A DNA stretch of 63,984 nucleotides, counting the filler, from Mitosporidium daphniae (taxonomy: Eukaryota), in the NCBI RefSeq assembly GCF_000760515.2. It is 4 parts of 4 records of this genome, joined end to end, with 100 filler letters (N's around TTAATTAATTAA, not from the genome) between each part and the next. Parts side by side here need not be neighbours in the genome. Positions count along the whole stretch, not along the records: positions 34,169 to 51,061 come from NW_013546730.1; 3 more parts are not named here. One strand, 5' to 3'. Shown piece after piece: positions 36,448 to 45,303 of the stretch; positions within the stretch are counted from its first letter, which is position 1, and every line of letters starts with the position of its first letter. The translations under genes were made by a program, and so were the position numbers. Under the pieces are notes generated by a model. That model was not told the origin of the DNA. It did no database searches and worked only from the letters and a program-made list of their open reading frames with translations.

Positions 36448-36690
36448 TTACAGATATACAATGTGGTTGGCAGATGCTCGTTTCTTATCACCCTTTGTGG
36501 GGATTGTGGGACTGATGGGTCGGGTGGAACTATCCATAAATTGCCCCAGTTTAACCAATTTTTCGTGTGATTTTTTGAGGTATTTCATGGCGTCATGGAG
36601 CCTGTCAGCCTTTTGGAAATTCAATGCCGAAATAAGAATATCCTCGTTTTCGTCCAGTTGCTCCTCCAGGTTTTCATACGAACCGTGCAT
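36448..36690 (-). CDS. Small SSXT/SS18-domain protein (SWI/SNF-associated)
   Basis: LEEQLDENEDILISALNFQKADRLHDAMKYLKKSHEKLVKLGQFMD fits the SSXT pattern (LDEN..LI..I...Q..G......Y...LH.NL..LA..AD). Confidence 0.65.
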   Translation of the reverse strand: MHGSYENLEEQLDENEDILISALNFQKADRLHDAMKYLKKSHEKLVKLGQFMDSSTRPISPTIPTKGDKKRASANHIVYL

Positions 36691-36762
36691 CAAGTACGTG
36701 CAATAAGAATGCGGAGTAAAATTTAGCCCTGAAAAATAAATTTCAAATTTATTCTTTTTTTA

Positions 36763-37602
36763 ATGACATCTACAAAAGCCGTCAAGTCAGCAACACAGGA
36801 TGTCAAGGTCCCAAAAAGGTCCTCAAAAAAAGAAAAGACGAGCCAAATTACACAGAAAGATGGTAATAAGGTCCCCAAAGTGGATAAACTGTTGAAGGAT
36901 AGTGTAATGGATGTCAAGTCAAAGGATAAGAAATTGGATAAAAAGCTTAAAAGTCACAACCAAGATACAAAGCCAAAAGAAGCCAAAAAGACAAAAATAC
37001 ATATCGATGAAATATCTAAAGAGTCAAAAGAAGATAAGTCTTCAAAAGGATCAAAAAAAGACAATCTTTTAAACGAGGCAAAAGAAAATAAGTCTTCAAA
37101 GGAGTCAAAAGAAAATAAGCTTTCAAAGGAGTCAAAAGAAAATAAGCTTTCAAAGGAGTCAAAAGAAAACATGAATTCTAATCAGAACAAATCCTCAAAA
37201 GATTCAAAAAATGGAAAAAAAGGCCGAGATTCGAAAAAGAGTAAAAAAATCAAAATTTCTCAAGAGAGCGAACTAAAGGGCAAAAATATTGATTTAAGCA
37301 AGATAGATGAGGTAATCACAAGTCGGGAAGAACTCCACGCCCATGTTTCTGAGGATTACTTCTCTCCACTTAAGACAACTGGGGCACCTTTTAGAAGGGT
37401 AGATCCAAATCTCATAAATTCTGATGATGTTAAAACATTTTCTCAGTATAAGGATCCAACCACTTCATATGGGGACAAGGCATTTTCTGACTTGGGTGCA
37501 ACCCGCGGAAGAGACTTTCGCTACGAAAAAAACAAAAAGAAGAAGGGTTCATATCGCGGTGGATTTATTGACACCGGTGTGCATTCCATTCGATTTGGTT
37601 AG
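36763..37602 (+). CDS. SRP40: Srp40/Nopp140-like nucleolar protein
   Basis: K/S/E-rich repeats and the SRP40 C-terminal domain: PFRRVD, YGDKA..DL..TRGRDFRYEKNKKKKGSYRGGFID..VHSIRF. Confidence 0.88.
   Translation: MTSTKAVKSATQDVKVPKRSSKKEKTSQITQKDGNKVPKVDKLLKDSVMDVKSKDKKLDKKLKSHNQDTKPKEAKKTKIHIDEISKESKEDKSSKGSKKDNLLNEAKENKSSKESKENKLSKESKENKLSKESKENMNSNQNKSSKDSKNGKKGRDSKKSKKIKISQESELKGKNIDLSKIDEVITSREELHAHVSEDYFSPLKTTGAPFRRVDPNLINSDDVKTFSQYKDPTTSYGDKAFSDLGATRGRDFRYEKNKKKKGSYRGGFIDTGVHSIRFG
37027..37169 (+). repeat. 27-bp coding repeat (KENKLSKES) in SRP40
   Basis: Three near-perfect copies at 37081-37161 plus degenerate flanking copies. Confidence 0.85.
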
Positions 37603-37629
37603 CTAATAAATATAATTTATTGAGAATAG

Positions 37630-38565
37630 TTAATCTGAGGCCGATATACCAGCATTGTCGGCAAATACGGACTCCAGAGGATCCACGGGAATCCTCGGTA
37701 CATCAAGACGCTTTGATTGCAAATAGCGGTCTGGATGTGAATTTATGATTCCTCGCTGGCGGAGTAAAGCCTGTACGCTCGTCGGCGTAATAAACGTCTC
37801 ATTGTTATAAAGAGTGGGTCCATGGAAGCCTGACTTGAAAATTTTGAGCAGCGTTAAAACAAATCTTGGGCCAATTTCAACAAGGTCGGCCTCGCCGTCT
37901 TCCTTTTTTAGAATCTAAAGGGGTAAAATGTTTGGAAGGAGAACCTGGTAATTTCGAAACCATATTTTCCCGTCGAGATATGTAATTTGATACAACCTGT
38001 CTGTTTCGGTTTTCGAGATCGCTTTAAAATGGTCCGTCGACAAGCCAAAAGTCTAAATGTGAGCGTTACAAAAATACATGAAGAAGGGCGCTTTTGACGC
38101 CTTTTAGATGGTCGATGGTATCAAAATTCGAGTCAAAAGACAAAATTGGACACATTCCGCGCACAGAGTTTCCGGTAAACGATAGCTCGTCCATGGTATG
38201 AACTATAAAATAAGGGAAGGGGAGGGGGCACCACTTACCATTAGAAACGTAAAACTTCAAAAAAGGGCTATTATTTACATCTGCAATCCATAGATAAAGA
38301 TCTTCTTTTCTTCTTGACTCGAAGAAAAGCACCCTTTTGCAGTCGTTGAGTTCGCAAATTTCCAGGATGTCGCTTAGATCTTTTTTCGAGTCAAATTTGG
38401 ACTCTTTTTTTGAATTGGAAATTAAAGAAATTATGTCCAACATTAAATGCCGATGTCTATGATTAGCCACAAGAAATACCTAGAAATTATTCCGCGCGAA
38501 GAAAGTATCAGCGTCTTGGAATAATCGACAAGAGCTTTGTCTTTGGATGACTTTAATGAGGACAT
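37630..38565 (-). CDS. BRX1: Ribosome biogenesis protein Brx1
   Basis: LILSSRGI, RHRHLM, HTMDELSFTGN, IWFRNYQ, LVEIGPRFVL, GFHGPTLY. Several 23-35 nt introns. Confidence 0.93.
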
Positions 38566-38720
38566 AAAATATTAAAGTTGACAAAAGTTAATTTTTATTT
38601 CAATAAAATTTGTACAACTTACAAGGCGGATCATTTGTACAAGTTACAAAGCAGATCGTTTGCACCAATGAGCTTAATTTGGCCTTTTAATCAAAAGTCA
38701 AACACCCAATTTTTCAAATC

Positions 38721-39336
38721 ATGTTTTCCATCCATTACGCCCGGTCCGCATGCTGTCTACAATCTTCGCTTAAGCCATCAAGCCCTTCCCCGAAACCTAT
38801 CCCGTCCAACTCATACGAATCTCTGTCTTGCTGCTCTGTAGAGAATCTTTCGAACGGTCATAAGGACAACTATCTATTCCTTCTGGGTAAAAGTTTCGGG
38901 TGGTATTCCTGATGTTTCTTTGCCGTTTTCGACTTTTTCTAAGCAAATGGCCTGTTTTCCTACCATCGGAAATCTTTCTTCTGAATTCTCCAGCACGATC
39001 TCATCCCCACTTGAGAGGGTTTATTTCCACTTTGCGTCTAATGTATTTTGGGAATCTTACACCTCTATTTTTGGCCTGACTTCTATTGTGGACAAAGAGA
39101 AAACGCTTAATATCTTTGTGCCTACCGATTTATCTTGGGAACGGGAAAAGTTATCTGGGTTTATACTTTCCCTCGTAGAGCTGGCAGAAAAATGCCTTGG
39201 CTGCCAAGTATTAAGGATTTTCCCTGTAGAGGGTTCCTTCATCCTCTCTTCTTTCAGGAATGACCTTGAATTTGCCGGCTTTGTTCCCGATTCGCCGCTG
39301 CAAACACCCAAATTCTACTTTCTGCGTTTTGCATGA
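38721..39336 (+). CDS. OAZ1: Ornithine decarboxylase antizyme (ORF1 38721-38912 joined to ORF2 by a +1 frameshift)
   Basis: ORF1 ends GGG TGG TAT TCC TGA. The +1 frame has no initiating ATG near the shift site and continues GAT GTT TCT TTG CCG... to the antizyme domain (LNIFVP...GFILSLVELAEKCLGCQ...FRNDLEFAGF). Confidence 0.9.
38907..38913 (+). promoter_or_regulatory. +1 programmed ribosomal frameshift site TCC-TGA-T
   Basis: Matches the canonical antizyme UCC-UGA-U shift site, preceded by G-W codons. Confidence 0.88.
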
Positions 39337-39598
39337 ATTTAGATGTGCAATCGAATAAAATTTATAAAATTTAAATCTTGTATTAAAATTCATTCTTTTC
39401 GTTTGTTTGCCCATTTGGTGCTGTGGCGACCAATGATCACAAGTAGGCAGCTTTACCATGTACATTAATGGAATGGGACTAGCCCAATAAATAGGAGCTA
39501 TATATTCGATTGGGATTCTGCTTACCGAATTGAATAAAATATCGGGGATGTATAAGAATGATTGATAACTTTATTCACTTATTCCTGTGACAAAGATC

Positions 39599-40441
39599 AT
39601 GAAGATCCCTTTTATTGTTCTTGTGGTTACAATTATATATAGTTGTTCAGTTTATGGAAGAACTTCCTTCGATACACGAGGTGATGAAGTGGTAATTAGA
39701 CAAATAGATAATAAGTCTAAGTCCTCAGAACTCGATCAGCAAACAAAAGATGACTATAATAACTTTGAGGACATGGTTAAGAATACAGCGACTATGGTTG
39801 GGGAAACTCAAGCTGCTATTGAAGATACTAAAAAAGGTATTGAGGATACGAATGGCGCCATTGCTGTTTTAAAAAGGGAGATTTATGAAGCTGAACAAAA
39901 AAGCAAGGCCTTGCGTGAAGACATGAATAAAAACAACGCTAATTCAGCAGTCCTTCAGAAAAAGATGGATAACGCAGCTAAAGAGGTCAAAGATCTAGAG
40001 GACCGACTAAATAAGCTTAATTCGGACATAGATACAGCCGAAAAAATGCAAGAAGATACTGGAAAAAAAACTATCGATGACGAAAACGGTATAAAAGATA
40101 ACAATGATATGATAAAGAAGAACAAAAATAAAATCAAAAAGTTCCAGGAAAGGCTTAATACACTTAAAGGAGTCCTGCAAAAACATTTAGATGACCTACA
40201 AAAAGGAAAGGATGGCCTTGAGCTTCTTGAAAGAAGTGTCCGAAAAACGGCTCAAGAAGCTTTCACAACTATTGCAGACAAAACCACTGAAGAGGCTAGT
40301 AAAAAGAAGTATACTCCACCAGAAGAGAATACAAAAAAGGTTGTCGTACTTAATATGGTATGTTCTCCCAATGAAAACTGCGGCAAACTCGACCAAAATG
40401 ACCCCAAGAAAACCCTCAGGGAATTGAGAGCACCCGCCTAA
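39599..40441 (+). CDS. Secreted coiled-coil protein of unknown function
   Basis: Signal-peptide-like MKIPFIVLVVTIIYSCSVYG, a long K/E/D/N-rich heptad region and a C-terminal Cys pair. Intronless and A-rich. Confidence 0.7.
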   Translation: MKIPFIVLVVTIIYSCSVYGRTSFDTRGDEVVIRQIDNKSKSSELDQQTKDDYNNFEDMVKNTATMVGETQAAIEDTKKGIEDTNGAIAVLKREIYEAEQKSKALREDMNKNNANSAVLQKKMDNAAKEVKDLEDRLNKLNSDIDTAEKMQEDTGKKTIDDENGIKDNNDMIKKNKNKIKKFQERLNTLKGVLQKHLDDLQKGKDGLELLERSVRKTAQEAFTTIADKTTEEASKKKYTPPEENTKKVVVLNMVCSPNENCGKLDQNDPKKTLRELRAPA

Positions 40442-40482
40442 TAATTCAGTAAACCAATTAAAAATTTTATATTCTACGCATC

Positions 40483-41533
40483 ATGATCACCACTGTTCCC
40501 TTAAAGAGCTTTTGTGTTCCCGGAACAGACGGGCCCGCCGTTATACTTCAATTATCGGTACCATATTTTCATTAAATACAGGATGTGGAAGATATTAAAG
40601 CCGTTGTGCTTGTCGTTCACGGGTTAGGGGAACACTTTGGCAGATATGCCAATTTTTTTGGTCACGAACTAATCAAAAGTCGGATTGGGATTGCCGGCTT
40701 TGACCTGCCTGGACATGGCGCAAATGCAAAGAACGTAGGCTATGTCGGCAAATCTGGATTTAAAGGCTTGTTTGGTGCAATCAATAATGCCATTTTTGCA
40801 CTTAAAGAACATCTTCCAGCGATTCCAATCATCTTGGTAACATTCTGGCTTTCCAACCGATAGTTTGGACATTCAATGGGCGGATTGATTGTGCTCGCCT
40901 ATTGTCTACATCCATCTGCGTGCATTGCGGATATTTCCGCAGTGGTTTCTTCAGGTAGGCTTCCTGCACCTTAATGGTAGCTCCCGCCATAAAACCAGCT
41001 CAAAAGATCTCACGGATAAAGGAAATTGCCGGCACTTTGCTATCCAAGGCAGTTCATAAACTTACAATCCACAACGGATTGGGTACTGTGTGCTTTTAAT
41101 AACAACCAAGATCCTTACGACATTTCCAGAGATCCTGATGCTGTTGCAAATTATAAAAACGATCCCAATTGCCATAGCAGGATTTCTCTTGCGTTGGGTA
41201 ACACACTGCACTGCTTAAAAGGTAGCCGCTGAAATCCTCAAGTATGGCCGAGACTTGGAAGAAATGGATGTGGTTTGCATCAAAATCCCTCTTCTAATTG
41301 CTCATGGCACTGGAGATAACATGACAAGGTTCAACTCGCCTTTAAAAATTTAGCCACATTGCGTCAACATTGTTCTTTGAAAAAATTCCATCTCATATGA
41401 AGGTGTTGAAAATTTACAACGATGGCTTTCATGAGCGTATTCGTGCTAGTTTTTAAAAATTCTAGTTCACAACGACATCATCAAGCAAAAGGTCATGGAG
41501 GATTACATCTCGTGGATTGCTTCCATCCTTTGA
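40483..41533 (+). CDS. Alpha/beta hydrolase, monoglyceride lipase/lysophospholipase (Yju3-like)
   Basis: VHGLGEH, DLPGHG, GHSMGG, HGTGD, GFHELHND. Seven introns of 24-29 nt. Confidence 0.9.
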
Positions 41534-41630
41534 ACTTGCACGCCGCCACAATTTGCCTCGAATGCGCCTTTTGATAATTTGAATTTACAAATAAAATGCG
41601 AATAAAATTTCAGATTCCATTTTCGTGTTG

Positions 41631-42161
41631 ATGAATAAGCATTTTCGGGTCTTTGTCCCATCGACCTCCAAATTCGACATCGAATCTCAAGGCTCGTCCT
41701 CCATCTTCTTCACATCAAAATCTCCGTTGTCGTCATTTGAGCGATATGCGTTATCGGCAATCCTGTTTTTCCTTTCCTTTTTCTCTGTCATCTATGCCCT
41801 GTTTCACCTTCCATTTGCGGCTTTGTCTCCTCGATCTTTTCTTTTGCCTTTAGACATTTCTGAGCTTTTGATTCTTTCTGGAATCGCGGTGTTCTCCGGA
41901 TTTAAAAGGTTCCAGAAAATGTTCTTTTCAAAGACAAACTGCCTGGTGATCAGCCTGTTTAATTCCCTTTTGCTATGCCTTTCTTTTTATTCCTCCTTTG
42001 TGCACGGGACCTATCTGAGTTCGCTTTTATTGGCTGTTTTACAGTCCATAGGTCTATTTCTATGGATAGCCTGTGCAGTTCCAGGAGGTCTTTCCGGGGT
42101 TTGGTCGGCGTGCAAGGCATTTTTGAAATCCATCCTCTTTTTCTTGAAAGTCAATAATTGA
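41631..42161 (+). CDS. SFT2: Sft2/Got1-family vesicle transport protein
   Basis: LSSFER, SPRSF, four TM segments, LLAVLQ..LFLWI...VPGG. Confidence 0.78.
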   Translation: MNKHFRVFVPSTSKFDIESQGSSSIFFTSKSPLSSFERYALSAILFFLSFFSVIYALFHLPFAALSPRSFLLPLDISELLILSGIAVFSGFKRFQKMFFSKTNCLVISLFNSLLLCLSFYSSFVHGTYLSSLLLAVLQSIGLFLWIACAVPGGLSGVWSACKAFLKSILFFLKVNN

Positions 42162-42182
42162 TGCTGTGTATAAAAATAAAGG

Positions 42183-42944
42183 TTAACTTTCTTTGAATTG
42201 GATATACGAATTTCCGAGTCTATGTTTACCAGAGAAGCCCCGACCCAGTTTACCGTAATGCTCTTGGATTAAATGATAGAAAAAAGAGAAAAAATACAGA
42301 GCATTGTCACAGTTTGACAACACATCGATCTGCGTGCAAAACAAGTATATTGCCTCAATGGTGCTCAGACAAAATTCGCCCCTATTCTGGTATCTCCAAA
42401 AGAGCGTGCCGCGTTTCAGGAAGGTATTGGTGAGGTCTAATTGTGCGGTCCGGATACCTGGACATGCGGAAGTAATCGCATTAAACATGGTAGTCGATTG
42501 TGCCCAAGAAGACTCGAGAAAAACAACACACTTGTATGAGTTAGTGTCGATATCCCCAATGAACGGCGCCTCTTTCGAGGGATACAATATGATGGTTTCA
42601 TTAGGGTTCGGCACATGTTCACGCAGCTGTGCAGCGTCGTGAAACGTCGGATGGTGTTGGAACATTCGTACGGAAGATTGGAAAAGTAAAAGGGCGTGGA
42701 CACTTGTGCACTTTGCAATGTTTTCGTTCGGATGTTTCCATACAAGTATTTCTTTTGAAGCAGATACCTTGGGGATCCTGTCGCAAGGGATAGAGGGCAT
42801 CAGCGAAAAGCATGTGTAGCAATAGTACTTTGAATACGTCAAGCATTTTGGGCATCTTTCTCGAACTGCCCCCCGTAACACATCATGTGAAGAGATAGAA
42901 AGGCCAGCAAAGGGTGAATTTGCGCTTTCCGTGGGCGAGCCCAT
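42183..42944 (-). CDS. DTW-domain tRNA-uridine aminocarboxypropyltransferase (DTWD1-like)
   Basis: RERCPKC..YYCYTC, KHPNE..KCTSVH, FLESSW (DTW variant), TLFWRYQ, LSTIEAIY. Confidence 0.85.
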   Translation of the reverse strand: MGSPTESANSPFAGLSISSHDVLRGAVRERCPKCLTYSKYYCYTCFSLMPSIPCDRIPKVSASKEILVWKHPNENIAKCTSVHALLLFQSSVRMFQHHPTFHDAAQLREHVPNPNETIILYPSKEAPFIGDIDTNSYKCVVFLESSWAQSTTMFNAITSACPGIRTAQLDLTNTFLKRGTLFWRYQNRGEFCLSTIEAIYLFCTQIDVLSNCDNALYFFSFFYHLIQEHYGKLGRGFSGKHRLGNSYIQFKES

Positions 42945-43032
42945 ACAATCCGCCTGTTAAATTAAATTTTACCCTTTCGCGGATCACACCGCTAGTTGCA
43001 ATTTATTTTACTTGACTATCTGTACGTAAAGC

Positions 43033-45189
43033 ATGAACCAACTTCGGGGGCTTCTATCGTTTGCGGGAAAATCAGCCAAAATCAGCGGCAAATTGGGCAA
43101 TCGATATGTCTTTTCTTCATCTGCCATTAATTTACCGTTTTCATCAAGAGCAGAGATGCAACCCGAATCCCTCGAATTCTTGGAGCAGCCCGTTTTTGAT
43201 GATTGCGAATTTTCCAAAGGCACTTTTCAGCGCCCAGAACTATCCTTTGAAGGTAAAGGCCCTTCTGTTGACGTCAATGTCCTACAATTTGACGCTGACT
43301 CGCCCGAGGCTCAAGGCGAAGAGCCTCACGCTCTCGCACACAGTGCATCGATTGGTATTGAGGCTCAGAGAGAAGATAAAAGGCTCACCCTTTCTCAAGC
43401 ATTTGAAAGCTTTTTGCGTACACAAGCAAATTCTGCGTCTGCAGATGACTGGAGCGATTATTTCCACAAGTTCACTCGTCTTAACCACTTTCAACAGTCA
43501 TCCAAAGTGCTTGTTGAGATGAAAAAGGCAGGGCTCAAGCCCGATGCCAATCTTTATCTGACCTTTTTAATGACATCACTGGATGCTTTGATGGTGGACG
43601 AGGTTGCACATATTTACTTAAAGCCTTCGGAGTATTTTAACCGCCCTCATAGAACGACATTTGTGGAGTGCGTTAAAACGATATATAATCTCTACAAGGA
43701 AGAAAACTCTTGCGTAGATGCAAAGTTGTACTATCGCATTGCTTCGATGTTCTATCGGTTTAAAAGCATCAGATATTATCGCCTGTTGTTGGAATTCCTG
43801 GAAAACAATAGGATTCCCGTTCCGATTTCCATCTTCAATATGTTGATGAGTCTGCTCGCAGAATATCCAAATTCCTTCCACAACGTCAAAATGATCTACA
43901 TTGCACGCAAGACTACAGATGAAGTCGACCTTAGGTCCACTTATTGGCTCTTGTATGCCACCATCAAAGCCAAGGAGTTTGACGAATTAAAGTCTTTTAT
44001 GGCCGACTTGCATTCTAAAAATGAAGCAAAGCATCACCATTACGAGATGATTATCCAATTGCTTTTAAAAAACGGCTTCCTCCAAGAGGCCGTGTCCACT
44101 TACAACGATTTGAAACTTTTGAAGGGCTTTGAACCGACAAAGCAAATATATTGCTCCTTCCTCATGTATTATGGATTCAAAGTCAAAAACCAAAAGGAGC
44201 TGATGAACATATTTTCGGAATTCACCGAGGCGCATCCGAATGTGGAAGGAAATTCGGATGTTTTTGCGCTCTACTTTAAGGCCGCTACTTCGCTTGCTCC
44301 GCAAAAGGTTTCCGAATTTTTGAATGTTTTGATCGACAAAAAAGTGCCGCTTACCATTGAAATATATTCGTCCGTTCTCAATTTTCTTCTCTCAAACAGC
44401 ATTTCATACGAGACACGATCCTTTCTTTCTAGCCTGTTCAATAGCTGGGCCAAGATCGATGACACCAAGTCCAGCTATGAAATTCATCCCAGCTTGCATG
44501 GTATTTCTTCTAGTCTTCCAATCTCTGTCAACTCGATCTTAGGGCACATGCATGCCAATCAAATCAATGCATTTAACGTGGATGTCCTGGCCAGCATCAT
44601 CAGGCATTTTTATTCATCCCAATGTTGGGAGGACATCATCAAAATTTGGGCTTTGGTTGACAAGACACAAATTTTCTCAAAACCCAGTTCCATATACATT
44701 GTCATGTTGGCTGCCATTCATACAAAAAATGTAAGGCTTACATTGAGTCTTGTAAATTTTATTTGTAAAAGAAGGATTCTTCTTTTGGAGAATTTTTCAG
44801 AGCGCCTGCTCGAGGCGCTTTCAAACTTTGATAGAATTTCACGAGACCATCCCATTTTCAAGATCCTTAAGGGTTCCATTCTGAGAAAGCAATCGTCCGA
44901 AGCTCAAAGAGATGCATACTCTTCACGTTCCACCACTCGTAGGAATACACGCCGCTCAGAGGGAAGCTTGGAGAGCCGAGAGTTTCGCGATTCTGGCTCG
45001 CAAAGTACAAATTCGAACCAACATTCCTCGTCTTCTGCAACAAGGAGCCGGTACAGTGACAACGATAGAAGTGAAGCGCCTTTTAGACGCAGGTTTGAGT
45101 CTAATGGCACCCCTCGTCATCAGCAAGGCATCAAGTCGCTCGAGGACGACAAAATCTTTTCCTCCTTTTCCAATGATCCTCTTTTTTAA
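43033..45189 (+). CDS. 718-aa PPR-like mitochondrial protein
   Basis: Presequence-like start MNQLRGLLSFAGKSAK and PPR-like repeats (EMKKAGLKPDANLY, IFNMLMS, YEMIIQLL..GFLQEAV, IYSSVL). Confidence 0.7.
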   Translation: MNQLRGLLSFAGKSAKISGKLGNRYVFSSSAINLPFSSRAEMQPESLEFLEQPVFDDCEFSKGTFQRPELSFEGKGPSVDVNVLQFDADSPEAQGEEPHALAHSASIGIEAQREDKRLTLSQAFESFLRTQANSASADDWSDYFHKFTRLNHFQQSSKVLVEMKKAGLKPDANLYLTFLMTSLDALMVDEVAHIYLKPSEYFNRPHRTTFVECVKTIYNLYKEENSCVDAKLYYRIASMFYRFKSIRYYRLLLEFLENNRIPVPISIFNMLMSLLAEYPNSFHNVKMIYIARKTTDEVDLRSTYWLLYATIKAKEFDELKSFMADLHSKNEAKHHHYEMIIQLLLKNGFLQEAVSTYNDLKLLKGFEPTKQIYCSFLMYYGFKVKNQKELMNIFSEFTEAHPNVEGNSDVFALYFKAATSLAPQKVSEFLNVLIDKKVPLTIEIYSSVLNFLLSNSISYETRSFLSSLFNSWAKIDDTKSSYEIHPSLHGISSSLPISVNSILGHMHANQINAFNVDVLASIIRHFYSSQCWEDIIKIWALVDKTQIFSKPSSIYIVMLAAIHTKNVRLTLSLVNFICKRRILLLENFSERLLEALSNFDRISRDHPIFKILKGSILRKQSSEAQRDAYSSRSTTRRNTRRSEGSLESREFRDSGSQSTNSNQHSSSSATRSRYSDNDRSEAPFRRRFESNGTPRHQQGIKSLEDDKIFSSFSNDPLF

Positions 45190-45303
45190 TAAACAATCCT
45201 TAAATTACATCACACAAAGTTCATGCGCGCATCGACTTTTATGGTGCGTTTTCGGGCGCACAACGGTGGCCGTAACCATGCACGTTCAAGTGACCGGTTT
45301 ATT

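Noticed and set aside
37027..37169. 27-bp direct repeats as a possible CRISPR-like array
   Set aside because: Contiguous, in frame, without spacers, and inside a eukaryotic SRP40 CDS.
45230..45282. Minus-strand resemblance to the 5' half of 5S rRNA (GGTTACGGCCAC...GAAAACGCACC)
   Set aside because: Spacing is off, and there is no 3' half or closing helix.
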